Shown piece by piece: positions 37,173 to 51,500 of a DNA stretch of 64,000 nt. A program made the position numbers and the translations under genes. Numbering within the stretch: position 1 is the first letter of the stretch; every line of letters starts with the position of its first letter. The notes below the pieces were generated by a model, which had not been told where the DNA came from, did not search any database, and was given only the letters and a program-made list of their open reading frames with translations. The stretch covers positions 62,001-126,000 of the forward strand of contig JAYWIR010000004.1 in the NCBI GenBank assembly GCA_036172245.1. Reading direction: 5' to 3'. This DNA comes from Raillietiella orientalis. Taxonomy: Eukaryota.

Positions 37173-37899
37173 TGTGGCCACATGGAGACTTCGTCCAGCA
37201 CGAATGCTGAACCAAGAAGTCGGAAAGACGATACAAGACGAACAAACTGAATACGAGGCGGGGTTCCGTCTGAAAGCGACTGCAAGGACCCCTTCCCTTC
37301 TTCTTTGTACACCTCTTATGGGTGAAAGGGAAACATCCTCCTGATTACATGAACATCCAAACTTTCGAACGAAGGCATTGGAAATAAAGCGTAGGTGTTT
37401 CTTTATTTCAGTTAGGAAGAAGAAAAAGACAAATGCCCCTCAAGGAACTCATCCGCTCATAAATAAAAGAAAACTTTCACTCCTATTTACAAATTTCTTT
37501 ACGAATAAAAGTGCAACAAACATCCAAAAAAAAAGGAAAGAAAAGAAAAGCAAGCAAAATAGGTGAATCTGAGAAACGCGCGACACAACGAACCAACTTC
37601 ACGAGCTCGCGCTCAACACGACGCACCAAAATGCGAGACCGCACACTGTCACGTGATCAGTGTACATAAGCAACCGTGATTAAGCGGGAAGCAAGGACGA
37701 AACCGCCATACGAAAAGGAGTGTCCTTCAGCTTGAGATGGACGAGGGCACGCAAGGCAAATCCGCGGGCAGCGAAATCCAGGCAACAGAATCTACCGCGA
37801 CGTCAGCGAAGTCCTGCAGGGATGCGACCTCAAGGATAGTGAAGATCACTGGACGAGGGGATGGTCAGTGCAACATCCAGCAGGCTTCCGTTTCGGCAC

Positions 37900-40400
37900 G
37901 GTCGTGCTCTTCCAGACAGTTGGAGCCTTCAGGAGTGGCGAACTGAATCCTTTTCCTAGGACGTCACAACGACGATTCCATACCGAGGGTCTCTTGGTTG
38001 CCGATAAGCTCCTCCCGTATGAGGCTGCTGAAAAACTCCTCCCTACGTGGGTCTATTAATCCTAGGGTCGTAGGTTCTTGACGACCTAGGACTAATAGTC
38101 CGTGCTCCACCGGCCAGCCAGGCGACTCTTCTCATGAAGGTGCACGACGAAGAAAAACATCCTACAAAGCTGCCCCATTTCCTGATTCACGAAACTGTCT
38201 GCAGAGTTTCTCTCCGAAATTGAATACAGGAATATGCTCCGTGGAGTGCACCTTCTCCCTTTCCGGAAAAACACCAACTGCCACTTTTTCGAGAGCTCTT
38301 GGCACAGGGCCATTATCTCCCCCCGGTGCAGGAGGCTTTTTCCAGAAGACTCACTCAGAGTGGCTCTCTGGTATGCTGCATCTCTCTGTAGCAGAATTAG
38401 CAGCTAAAATATACGCTCATTCGATGCTGTGTACCGTGGCTAGGCAGTACCTCACTCAACCGGCAAAAAAGGGACCGCGAAAAAAGCAACTTTAAAAGTC
38501 AGCGGTGGAGCACCATCCACCTCTGGATATCCGCAGTGGACCTCGCACTCGCGAGGCTATCCGCCGTGGAGCTGGTGGTATTCCTTAGCATCCATCAAAA
38601 TGTAGTTCACTCCCTGAACGTAAACTAAGTGGCACTTTGCCGGTGTTCCGCTACTCGACTCGGTTGATGACTGGCACCAAAGACCCTCTCTGTGTTCCCT
38701 CACCCCGCCATTCACATTCACAACGTGCAGCTACGTGGTAGGCTCACACAACCCAGTATTTTATTAGTGAACCAGAGCACCGGACACTCCACCCTCGAAT
38801 TCATCCTTAGTCTCCACAACAGGAATAGTGCTTCAAAAACTGCGACGCTTTCCGGGGATTTGTCTGAGCCCAGCATCTACTCGCATCCGGGGAGCGTCGC
38901 CGTTCTCGTTGTCTTCCGTCATCCAGATCCGGAGTTCATCCCTGTGTGACCCCTACCTTTGACTTTGTGACATGCCACAGTGATGGAACCCACCCATAGC
39001 CTAATTTCTTGCACATCTGCAATTCTGCGAGGGTCCGCAATGTCTTGCAGGGTAACTCAGTACCTCTTATCTGGGGGAGGACCACACGAAGATAAAGAAC
39101 CGAGAAATCACGAAGAAAACACGTAAACGAGAGGAAGTGACAGTCTGGAAGCTGACATGATGGATGTGAGATCACTTGCTCTACATCCGGCAGGAGGTGG
39201 ATCTTCTTACACACATCCCTGGAGTTCCACGCATCAAAGCCTCTATCGGGGTTTACAGGAACGTTCGTGAACACCGAAGGTATTCGAAAGGAAAGCATTT
39301 TTTCCTATGGAACTCTTCCCGTGACACTGGTCTAGGCAAGAGTGAACGCTTCAACGAATGCTATAGGGCAATACCACTGGGAAGCATGGAGGTGGTGCAC
39401 GTATAGAGTTTCTCATCCGACGGGCAACCATTAAATCAACATAGCTGGAGCAAGACGCATTTCCGACCGCGCTCAAATCAGTCCAACTACAATAACCTAG
39501 GCAGGAAGAGGGTGGTGCAGAACAGGGGATGGCAAGAAAATTTCTATGGAGCACTGAACCACTGAACCCTTACAATCCCACAGACATCTCTGTGCGAGAG
39601 GCACAGAATGCTAACTCCTTGTAACGAGCAAACAGGAATGGTCTCTGCGACAAGTTCCGAGATTCTTTTCTTTTCTACGCAAAGATCTCACTGAAGGAGC
39701 TGTTGCCATATTCATTGTCTGATGGAGTCGACAACATCCGCGCAACACGCAGCTTTCAATAGGACTCCAGTCACGGGAATGGAGAATGAAATGGACCTTG
39801 CACGCTTTCCATTCCCTATCACGATGCTGTCACATGCGACAGACCAGCGAGTCACCGGTGGTTACTACTATGTCACTAAGATTTTGGTATCAGCAAAATC
39901 GACGCCTGCTACCAGCATCGTCGTCGTAAGTGGGGTCCTTATTTTTCGTACACAAAACTCCGAGGTAGAAGGAGTCGCAAAACACCCTTTTAACCTATAT
40001 GAATCCAAAGAGAAGATGTTTCCAGCTCTGCAGGCGCTACCCTAGTGGTGCGCTCCGAGACACCCCGGACTGGTTCGGTGGAGTGGCATGCTGATTTGCT
40101 TGGAAGCAAGAGATCTTTACAGAGTTCCTTTAGTCGATGCTAAAGATACCGCACGGTCCTCGTGAGGCACGATGGGCGCTCCACTGTCAGAGTACCACTA
40201 TAGGCATAAACGAAACCGAATTTTTCACTTTCACAGGAACAACGATCCCGTGCCTCTTCCTTTGGCGAGTGGCACATTAAGAATCGGACGAAACGTGCAG
40301 CACGGAAAAGCAAACCACGTAAAGTAGGCGCGCGTTTTCGGAAAATTCCAATCTGATCGGAGATAAGGGAAATGCCACCAGGTGAGAACCAGATAGCAAT
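37900..40400 (-). mobile_element. Highly decayed BEL/Pao-like pol remnants
   Basis: Degenerate motifs in plausible order: EIRLWVGSITV (RNase H WTDS-like), EYHQLHGG (integrase HH), a weak FAGP-like stretch near 38480, and PHTGGAY (cf. PHFGGAW). Confidence 0.35.
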
Positions 40401-41329
40401 CATTCTATGTGAGGTAGCGCCGTCTCTTCGACTATTCTATTTGGACTTTTGTCTACAATAAGAGCACCGGCCAAGCGCGAAGGGGAGAGTCAGGAGGATT
40501 TCAGCAGAAAGAGTGGCACCAGGACCAGGAAAGTGCAACCTTCTTCAACGAATGCTGTCGAAGAACACCTGTAGGAAGGATGGAAAGGGTGCACCTATGA
40601 TGGCGTGTTCTTCCGAAAATAAGGATCATTATGAGCAAACGTTAAATCAGCAGTGCTAGAGCAAGACATATTTCCGATCGTACTTGAATCCTGTCGTATT
40701 TCGATGGAGCACTGAACCATGAAACTCCAAAATACCGTGACTGCATTCTACTTTCGAAACAGACACGCGTCATGCTTTGACTTTTTCGGTGGTGAGACTG
40801 AGCCAACTACCACGAAGAACATTGTGACAACTGGTTGAACAGGTTATCATTTTAGGAGCTCACATTTAGATATTTTATCTAGCAGCTTACAAAAATTGAA
40901 ACTGCAGCTGGGAGAGGAGCAAACCAAATCCTGCGTTGGGAATTCTGTCGGAGTTACGCTCTAAGGCTGCGAATAAGGAACTCGTAGAAAGTAGATCCAC
41001 TTTCTCTTCTGAAGCAAAAGTGGATCATCTATGGGACAGTTTTCATCACTGCTCAGCTTCAAGGTTTCCTTTAGTTCTTATCCCTTCCGGTGGCTTCTAG
41101 AGCACGAGAAACCAAAATCCTGGATACACTTTTTTGTCTCTAAAAAGAAAAGAGACCTTTTCTCTCCCTCCGCACACCCCATCAACCATTCACATCCTTC
41201 TAGATCAGTACTTCCCCTGCCAAGAATATTGTTCCGCTATGAATAATATATGCATTGCAGCACAGTCTTCTCCTTTCACGCTGACAAGCAACACCTCTTT
41301 TTGTGTACTCAGAGGAACATTTCGACAAT

Positions 41330-41770
41330 TTCGAGTTATATCTTTTCCACGATAAAACGGAACTCCCTTTTTTGTGATTTAAGAAACGAGAGATAACTGG
41401 AGGTCCGTCGTCTTATGAGACGTGTTTCTGGAATGTTCACTCTCAGATTGAGTTCTTTTTCAAGCAGTCTTCCATTCTGCGACCAAAAACAAACAATCAT
41501 AGTAATGAGGACCAGCACCTTTTTGCTTTTTTTTTCTAATGCCGTGGCCAACTCTTCTGATTTCTTTAGTTCCCCTGTCAAGGAGAACTTTGCACAAAAA
41601 GTTATCGACACAAAATCGGGAACGGGAGCTGCCCGAGCTTTCGAAACTGTTCGTCACTCGCGTGGAAAAGTCCAAGGACATAAATGGCCTTCGAAGAAAC
41701 ACAATGCTGCGGATCCAAAACGACCGCAGTCCAAAATTCTTTACACATATTGCTGTTTGTTTAGGCATAA
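41330..41770 (-). mobile_element. Decayed mariner-type transposase remnant
   Basis: KKVLVLITMIVCFWSQNGRLLEKELNLRVNI resembles the mariner K.M..VFWD..G.L..E.L.....I block; ICVKNFGLRSFW lies upstream. Confidence 0.5.
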
Positions 41771-43271
41771 TCTGCTACTCCAGCTTCCAGTGATTAATGA
41801 TGATTCCGCAAGAGTGTGAGAAGTGATTCATCACTATCTCTTCAAGATAGGCTTTCATGGAACGAGCAGAACGCAAGATTGTGTTCCCACCTCGAAGCAT
41901 TAACACCCACTTCAGGCAAATAGAAACAAACTGAAGTCGAAGAATCAAGTCCACATCAAAATAGCAGCCACAGTTTTCGAAACTGAAATTTTCATCGCGA
42001 ACTGAATCGTGCTTTTTTCATCTGGTGAACATTTTCAATTGCTGATCATTGGGATCCAGTGCTGCTCTAACTAAAAAAGATTATTTAATGAGCGGTAGCA
42101 AACACTGTATTGCTGAAATTTCAAGTCCCATTCGATTTTAATACCGGATGTAATTGAGCAAAAACGTGCGCACGCACTTGAACTATGTAATAACCAAACA
42201 CGTCATATGTATCAAGCCCATTGAGAAAAGCGTGTTTTTGATAAATATAGTGCACTTCAAGATTGAAGAGAACGTTTTGTTTTGTTTTAAAAGAAAAAAA
42301 GAGAGGGGAGGGGGGGAATAATGCTTTTCCCGTATTTGTAGAATACCTTACATCCACCTATTTCAAAATCAAATCACTCGCCAGACACACAGTGTTGTTA
42401 GGAACCGGAAGCAACCGGAATGGCGGCTTCCCTGACTGCGTGCCATGTTCGTGTAGAAGAGCTGGTGCACTTTGGTTTAATATTCATTTGAAGATTCGTT
42501 TGTAGCACGCTGATGTGAAAAGAAAAAAAAAAAAAAAATGTTGAAAACACATATTCAGATGTGTTTCTCTTTTCCATGAATGCTTTGCACACCAGCAAAT
42601 TGCAAAATTGTTCCAACATCATCATCTACAGATTCTATTTTCCTGCTTACTTGAGAATTCTTCGTCCCCAATGGAGATTTTCGGATGAAATTACGAAAGA
42701 TGTCGTGCCGAGTTCACGACGGAGACGAAAAGCTGAGAGCGGCGAGGCTGGGATGAGATGATGACCTCCAGAGGTCAGGTCACTGAATCACGCATATCGA
42801 GTTCAGTTCCGGAATTTCGGAACGTGGCGCCGTCGAATTCGTGCACAAAGTCGGACAAAGTGGCACACGTGAAAATGGGATGCCGACCCAACCTTGCATT
42901 CGAACCACCGTGGAACAGCCCAATTTGAATCGATTACTCTCCGTGTGACACCATCAGTGCCGTGTTCAAAACCTGACGACCTGTCCCCAAAAGATGCAAC
43001 GTATACTCTACTGCCGGATTGAGTGGTAGCCGCTGATAAAAAAAAAAACGTTTGATAAAATCGATTCGGGTGTGAATGGGAAAATTTTCCAAGTCCGCTT
43101 CGTCGTGAGCACGACGGAAATTCACACACACATACGTGAACACTACACATTGTTGTGTGCACAAAACACGTTCAGGAATGCAAGCGTGCGAACACGAAGA
43201 CGAGCGCGGGCTCTTGTTGTTGTGTGGGAACAGTGAATGGAGAAATATCCTGCATTGTATTTATGTGTGCA

Positions 43272-43351
43272 TGTGTGTGTGTGTGTGTGTGTGTGCGCGC
43301 AATGAAATATTTACAAATATCTATATATATACCCGCACACACACACACACA
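43272..43351. repeat. (TG)n and (CA)n microsatellites facing each other
   Basis: TG run at ~43272-43294 and CA run at ~43336-43351. Confidence 0.9.
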
Positions 43352-43654
43352 CGCCCCATGCAATGTATATCGGTACGCGATTGCCAAATCAGCTCCTTAC
43401 GTCTTTTTCAGCCACAAATTTCCCAGATTTGCGAAGTGTTCCGTGTGCCCTAATATTACGGCTTTGATAACTTTACGGTCATTGAAAATCCGCTATCTAG
43501 CAAGCACTTCTGCAATCTCAAAGGATATAAGCCCACAGTGCACAGGACTGAAAACAGTGGCAACACAAGTGACAAAAAACTGGATTCGCAATGTTTGGTT
43601 CCCTCCTGGGTTTTTTTCTGAACACCGAAAGAACGATGGACCCACGATTGTAAG

Positions 43655-46600
43655 ATGCACGAATATGATCCATGGATTTGCTCCCTAATTGGATCGCTAC
43701 TAATAGGATTCAGCGGCATAATCCCATTGGGATTTATATCCATTCTACAAACCGATTCAGAGAACCCAAAAAAGCAAGGTATGAGTAATGAAATGATAGA
43801 TTTGGAGCATGGTGCACTTGGATTCGATGTGATAAAAATCTTAGAGAGTATGGAATGTTATGCTGCCGTTTTTACCTAACCGTTTTTTTTTTTTGGGGGG
43901 GGGGGTTGCTTGTTCTAAATATGAAAAGTGTAACCTGGGATGTTCTGAATTATCATTCACAAAAATGTTGGTTGCTTTGCTGTAAAGTGCAACACAAAGA
44001 ATAAAAACGCACCCACCATCAAACACACCCAAAAATGTGCTGATCCAAATAACCCAAGTGAAAAGACATGAAACTGAAATCCAGGAAATTGGATCTGATG
44101 AGAAATTTGAATCACAGTAGGTTTCCAGGTAAATCCAACTATGAATCAGTAGAAGTTATAGATCTAGGTGTAGAAGGGATAAATGCCAACAAGCATAGCC
44201 CACACAGTGATTGAAAAACAATGCAGCAAATAGATTTATGTAAGTGCACTTACAAATAGAAAGTCTGATGATGATGAACTGTGAAAAAATCATGGTGGGA
44301 CCTAGGCAATTCCCAATTGTGTAGGCAAAAATGCTTGAGTGAACTGAATCTAGTACAAGACAAATAGCACAGCAAACATTTAGAGCAGATGAGTGTTACA
44401 AATATTCAAATTGCCAATGTGATACTTGAACTTCCTGTTTGAACATACATTTTGACTGTTGGTTGATTCTTTACGATTATGAACCCTGGAATTTAAGGAC
44501 CATTCATTCACTGTACCTGTAGATGCTTTTTTTGTACTTGTTTAAAAAATTGCAATATAAAAATAAACTCCAACATAAGTGAGTTGCTGTTTTGAAGAAT
44601 GAATTGAAAATTGGTTTTCTGCAAATTCAAAGCTTGAAATTTACCTTCCCTTTAATTTTCACTTGAAGAACGAATTACTGAAATGGCCCAAACCAGCATC
44701 TGTTTATACCCAAGTATCCTCCCCAAGTCCAGGCTGCATGAATACAAGAAAAGTATGTTTCAGAAAACGTATTTGTGCGAACTCGTATAATGAGCGAGAT
44801 CAAATCTAGGAATATGTTGGGAAAACATTCACGCGACACAACGGAATCGCGAAATGAACATTAAATTGTTTTCTCACCGTGTGATTCTTACTGAAAAACA
44901 AACCGCTTTTGGTTGGTGCAGGGAAAAACCTCTGACCACAAGAGTACGATCGCTGGGTGTTCCGTGCCCGCTTGTGCAACGCATGCCATCGTGTACACTT
45001 CCATAGCACGTACTTTTGGCAGGAGAGGGGCCGACGAAATTGATCGGCTGCAAGGATTCCTTGCCACCCCGAGCCCGCTGGTACACAGGTGTTTCCTTTT
45101 CCGCGCCGTCTCTTCCCGGAACGCCCCTCGCGCCGCGCATGGTCGTGGGAGCAGGGCCACTCGCCGCCCCGCGTGAAAGTGGACGTCTGTCGGCCTTGGG
45201 CCACGGCGTGAGGAACCGGAAACGAACGGTCCCGAATTTTCGAAACATTAAAAAAAAAAAAAAGCCGCAGGTGTCTGTCCAGCCCAATACCTAGTTGTTG
45301 AAATTCATCATGCGAAGCATTCCGTGGAAACAAATCCTGGACTCGGCGTGCAAACCAAGATGAACACCAGAAGAATCGAATGCGTGGTGTTTTGCTAAAC
45401 GAGTGGGTGATAAGACTTTCTAGAGGAATCGCCAGGTCGAGAAGCGAATGTGTTTTTTTTTTTTTTTTTTTTTTTCTCCCAGCTTTATCCACCTTTTCCA
45501 CTCTCCCAAGACACTAGTTCTAAAGGGTCATCCCGTCCCTTGAATCCGTTATAGATTTTTCACTATAACATGAAATTCAAAATTACAAAACAACACAGCT
45601 TTGCCCGCTCATTTAAAACTGAGCCCACCTGGAAGCCCTCCTTGTGCATTCCAAGTGTCCCTCCCGTGTTGCTCTTCATTTCCGTAAATCGCTTTCGATG
45701 TTGTTTTGGAATTTTCCTCTTGCATTGTAAAGTTTGATGGAATTTTTGACGTTGCCCTCAAGTAAATCGATAAGTACTTCAAGGGTCCGGGCAAAGAAAC
45801 TTTTCCAAGAAACCCAAGAACTTATGTAAAAATGATAAAGTGAGGGTGTGGCTGCCAATCCGCCACTCTATGTGGACGATAAGTTGAGAGGTTTGGCATT
45901 TTAAATCAGCTCAAAAACGAATGTGGTTCTTTTCTAGTAGGGTTTGTTTGAGGTCGAATGTGGATATTCCGTGTCAGTAATACCAAGTTCTGAAACAAGC
46001 CAGGAAGTTGTTCTTCCAGAAATATTCGTACAGGTCATTTGAAGATTCACATATCTTCAATGTGTGTGTGTTTTTTTCTTAATCCGAGCCACTGGATGAT
46101 CAGCATATGTAATGTGAATCACTAGCTGTCAGGATTTCAACACACATTAATCCCACTTAATTTGTAATTACTTTGGACCTTGATTTGAGATTTAGCTGTA
46201 AGCATCTAAGCATATCCACAAAGAGTGGCATGGAATGAAAGAAAAGTTTTACTCTAGTACTGACAATCGATAAAATATCAAGATCAATAAAGGCACCTGT
46301 TCGGAAAATGTATGAAAACTGTCGCCATTTTTGTGTGCAATATTGTAATTTAAAATACAAGGAAGTACGAGGAATGCAGCAGAATCATCTAAGAGTACTC
46401 TGGAATGTAATGTACGTAAATAGCGAACTGGACTCTACCGACGGCATTAGGTTCTTTAATGTTTAAGTAATGTTTAGAGCTTATGCAGGAAGTAGGAGCC
46501 ACTTTTATGTTGTTTGTGTCATCCACAAATGAGGTTCTGTCTTGAAACAAAAGGATTAGCCACCGTCGCACTAACAGCCACCCTAAACAAAGTAGCAGAG

Positions 46601-48284
46601 GTTAATCATTTCAACTCTTCTTCGAGTATTTAATACTGAGGTGGTTTCAGCAATCGTTTGAAAAATCCAACGAAGCAAACATCTTGCTGACACCTTTTAT
46701 GCAAAAAAAAAAAAAAAAAGACAGTGAACATGATGCCATATCAGAGAAATAATACAGGTATTTATGTGTTCGTTTCCCGTTATTTGAGCATCATATGGTG
46801 TTCGAGTATTTTTTTTTTTTTTTTTCTTCTGAGAGAGGCCCTTCGAATTGAGAATTCTTGCAGGAAAAAGTTATTCAAGTCATAGTGTTCACCGATCCTG
46901 GAATTCAGCTTGTCGATCCGCCCGCTGTTTGTTTCTGAATCTGTCTCCTTCCTAAGCAGAACTTTGGTACAATTTGGAGAACTGGCAGCGGGGTCCTCAG
47001 TGCTGCTCTTCAGCAAGTTCTTGCCTCTTGTTAGTCTGCCTTCTGCGTTTCTTCAATCCGCGGCACACGTTTTTGGATAATTCCGGTCGGCATTATGCGA
47101 TGTATTTTCGCAGGTCCCGCATAATTTTTTTTTAATATCTATGTATCTATACGAAAAGAGGACCCATTCACGAGGCTACGGTGGTTCTTATGCTGTAACA
47201 AATTTGGTTGCTACCGTATTCGTTCGGTGTGTGTTTCAAACCGAGCACGAAATAGATGAACAAAATATGAAATGAATAAATAAACAAACCTCATTATGCA
47301 TTCTGAACTCGGTTCTAAAACTCAAAGCTGTTTCATCACTGAAATTTATAGGAAGAACGTGCCCAAAGTACTTGAAACTGCTGCTTAATTTTGCCGTTGG
47401 TGGCCTTCTGGCAGATGTGTGTTTGCATTTGTTACCCGAATCGTGGAAGTATGCTCATTCAAGTAAGTATTGATGTTGCAAATCCTTGATGTTGAACTTT
47501 TGAGAAAACTGAATTATGCCCCACGAACCCATTAATTCTTTAAAAGGATGTGGTACCAGGGAACAACACTATATTCACATGGGAACCTGGATTATTGCTG
47601 GCTTGGTGTCCTTCAATATCATAGAGAAGATCGGTGTCGCAAAACATGTTGAGCAGTTCAGACCAAATGAGCATTTGAGAGCTCCAAGTGCCAGTGGGAG
47701 CCAGTGTTTATTCCATGACGAAATTTCTGATAGTAAAGCTGAAGTTGCAGGTTACCTGAACATTGCAGCCAATGCATTTGACAATTTCTCTCATGGATTG
47801 GCCATATCAACAAGTTTCCTAATGAGTTTTCACTCCGGAATATTGACCACCATTACCATTCTTATCCATGAGATTCCTCATGAGGTTACAAAAATACCTT
47901 TTATTTAATTAAGAAATAGTCTGTTTATATGTTTAGCTTGGTGATTTTGCCATTTTATTGAGAGCAGGATTTTGCAAGTGGACAGCTGCAAAAATGCAGT
48001 TGTTTACTGCCATTCTTGGCATGCTAGGAGCTCTGGTAGTCCTTTCTTGGGAATCCAATCAAACAATCGGTAAGATTACTTTGAAATATCTGGTAATGAA
48101 TTAGGAACAAGAAAAAACTTGGTGGATTTTGCCTTTCACCGCAGGAGGTTTTTTGAATTTAGCCCTCACCAATCTTTTGCCAGAACTATTAAAGGAGACA
48201 GACCCACTGAGCTCAATCAAGCAGTTGTTGTGGTTACTTCTTGGTACTATGGTCATTGGAAGCATGAGTGTGCTTCCAGTGTGA
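43655..48284 (+). CDS. ZIP13/SLC39A13-like (LIV-1 subfamily) zinc transporter; exons ~43655-43778, 47352-47462, 47547-47884, 47937-48069, 48112-48284; true start may be upstream
   Basis: WICSLIGSLLIGFSGIIPL; LLLNFAVGGLLADVCLHLLPESW; GYLNIAANAFDNFSHGLAI; HEIPHE|LGDFAILLRAG (the LIV-1 HEXPHEXGD motif split by a 52-nt intron); WILPFTAGGFLNLAL...LPELL..TDP..SIKQL; stop at 48282-48284. Confidence 0.92.
44880..45420 (+). mobile_element. Possible Merlin/ISXO2-like transposase remnant in intron 1 of the ZIP gene
   Basis: AFGWCREKPL...CPL/CN N-terminal zinc-ribbon-like stretch and HHAKHSVETNPGLGVQTKMNTRRIECV (cf. NH...FV....G..T..IE..W). Confidence 0.35.
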
Positions 48285-48599
48285 GCCTTTTTGAAATCAG
48301 TTGTAAAGCTGCATTAACAGTGTAACAGTATGCTGCCTATAAATCCTGTGATAAAGCACTTAACGCAAGAAAGCTTGTGAATGGTTCATTTGGTTTCTAC
48401 CTGTGACTTCATCCATGTATCCTTCTCTCTGAAACCGTGTCTTATTCGTGTTTGGGATAAAATTTCACTGCAGGTATACCCTTTTCTCATATATTACCTT
48501 CATGTTTGTGATGCACCTTATATACGTTGCATATTTACCTATTCTTGTGTGCATTCAAACTGGATCCCTTAGGTGGCTCATATCGTAAAGGACTATTCA

Positions 48600-51500
48600 A
48601 TCGTAATCTCCACAGTGTCGCAAGGCTTGGGGCACTTCTGAACGTAAACGCACTGCAAAGGCGCTTGTGTGCGAACGATGGTTGTGATGGCAACAGCATC
48701 CAACTTGCGCCTGGGAGATTTGATTCGAAAAGACAACTTTTTGCGTGCCACTTGACTCATGAACTTGACGTCCATCTTGAGCCAGAAGGAAGGCAAAGCG
48801 CGTAATCCATTAATAATAAGAGGCAGGAAGCAGTTTGTGTCATGTTTCAATTGGCGCGCTCTTTGAGGAACCGACGGGAGGAACGGTGAAAATTTCAATT
48901 TTTTTTTTTTTCCTTTCCCCCCCACCTCTGATAGAACGAAGGAACGATTGGAGCACGATGAAGGGTTCGTTGATATTGTGATTAAGAACTGTGAAAATTC
49001 CGTAATAACACGAGTTCACAATAAGGCATGGCAAATCCGTTTCCTATCCTTTACAAAGCCACAGTCACTGAGACGGTTTGTTCCAATTGGGCCAGTATTT
49101 TACAGCTGAGGAAATTGCCCGATGCTTCCAAAAGGAAATCCTGAAGGAGAATTTAATGTATTTGGCCACATTATGGTCGTGGGATTGTGCAGACATAAAT
49201 AAATTGGTTCGATGAATAATCTTTGATAAGAGTGCCAAAAGAATCACTTCGCTTCAAAAGCGATAAGCAGAATTCCCTATCCTTTCATGTGTACCATATA
49301 AATGATGTACGTGGAAAGTACAAATAGAAGGTGCAGTTGCTAATGCGAGGGAGATAAGTTCTATAATCACCGTTAAGTAAAAGTGTGATGTCATTCCATG
49401 TTGCAAGTTTCTAATGCCGATTCATGAGATGTATAGAAACGGCGAAAATAGCACTGGTTCTAGTTCTATCGACTCTTGCCACCGTGGTGGTCACTTGGAA
49501 AGTGAACTCGCCTCTGCTAGACTTTTACCTCAAGATGGTTGGCAGTCTTTAGAAATACGCGTGACGGTAGACAGATTTTACAATGGATGCCACGCTGTGT
49601 GAAAGACAGAGAGAAGAGTGACTTCCGTTGAACGTGCCGAGCTTGCAGGTGCCATCGAAAGCATAATGCAGGGCGGCTTAGCTTCATAAGAGTACTCCCT
49701 AACTAAAGGTGAGTAGCTCTGCATCCCAACCATCAGTTGATATGGAGATACAAGAAATTGTTCACGAGATGGAATTCATTAAAATTATGCAATCAGAATG
49801 TCATCATTCTTCGAAAAAGGCACAGGCACTACTTGCGCAGTTGGCGTATCATTCTATAGTACACAGTACGAAAAGAAAGCGGGCATTCGCTGCCAAACGA
49901 GCCTGCCACAAAAATACATACTGACCGTGCGTTTTGCTAGTTGTGTGCGGAACGACGGGGTTGTAGGTCGGTAACCAGTCTAAGGTTGGTAGAGACTCCT
50001 GCCCACAATCACTGAGCAATTCGAATAGTTGCATAGCATTTCAAGTATGCAGGCGTTCCGTCGGAGGCTGGGGAGAAAAAGGAGATGGAGCATATCCCAG
50101 ACAAGTTACCTTTTTTTGTTTGCATATGGTCGTTCAAAAAACAATTCTCTTCGTGCAGTGGGAGATCTTTGAGATCCACTTTATTAGCCACACAGAAAAG
50201 ATTTGTGCGGTCGTATGCGGTTCATTTCACAATGAAATGGGATGCAAGTGTGGATGTGGCACAGTGCTGCGAACCTATCAGCCCCGAAGCCGATCTTTTC
50301 CTTATGCAAAAATTCAGTGAACGTTAGCATAATGGATGATTAAGGGAATGAATGTGGCCTGCGGAAAAGTGTGCTGTTGGTGTCCGTGTTAGCAGTGTCC
50401 ATGATCGGAGCACAGCTGATTTCCCATTTCGAATGCAGTCAGCATTCAGGCGACCTGTACAGAGATTGTCGTTTCGTATGGAAAGGCACGTGAGCGTGGA
50501 ACGTATTGCTATAGGCAAGATGAAGAAAGAGGCGCACGAGAATCTCCTGTGACTCCAGAAATCCTTGTGGCCTGACGTAATCTTTGAAGCCGAAATTGTC
50601 GAGAAAGTGCGAAGTTCTGCACTACCCTTGAAATTGAGCCACCAGTCACATGCAAGTATTGTGCAACCAAGTTTCATCTAGTGGAGCTCCACTTGCATGG
50701 AGCAGCTGAACAACGAGGCGCACGGGACTTTCGGGGGGGTTCTGTTCAAAAAGGCATGAGGGGACAGTCCGCATGTGGATCTTTAGAGGTGAGGCCGAAG
50801 GAAAATTTTCTGCTGAGAAAGGATTCTTGAGCGATCTCTGATTCTCAGCTCTCTAGATGCTTGAACTTTCTGAGAGATCCCCTTCCAGATTTAGGCTTTT
50901 TTCTTCTTCTTCGGCGAGAAAGATGGAGATAGAGAAGGTAAGGATCACCTCAAGCAAGCACGAGATCGAGAGAAAGCGTTCCTAAGATCATGAGGTATTG
51001 CAACCGCATGTTCGTGGGAAATCTGAGGAAACTGCACTTGTTCTCTAGGAGATCCATCTAAAAATCTATAGGATGAATCGTCCAATCAAAGTAGCGATCG
51101 TCTGAGGCTAGGGGAATTTCATCCAGTGGGCTCTCACGGTCTTGAGAGCTCAGGGCGCATACATCCGGGTCACCACCGTTACGTGTAGAGGAACCTTTCA
51201 AGGACACTCTTGGACCAGCCTTGCTCACTTTATGCAAAGTACGGACGCCTTGAGTAGGAGACGAGATGAGTGGTGTGGATCACACTAGAACTCTTCTTTC
51301 ATCCGTTTTTCGTGAGAATGGCCGTAGGCCCTCCACCTACCGAAAGGACTTGCTACAGAGAAACACCTGTATATAGCAAGGTTCAAGCGGCATCGGTTTA
51401 CCACTCATCCTGTCTCTGTAAACTGTAGCCACGAGATGTTTACGAAGGCAGTCTGAGCACATGCCAAGTGCTTTTGGAGGACTCCTGCGATGCGCGCATG

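Noticed and set aside
39250..39298. MLSFRIPSVFTNVPV resembling Penelope RT SFDVxSLFTNVP
   Set aside because: The catalytic Asp is absent, no other Penelope motifs follow, and the neighbourhood looks more like BEL/Pao.
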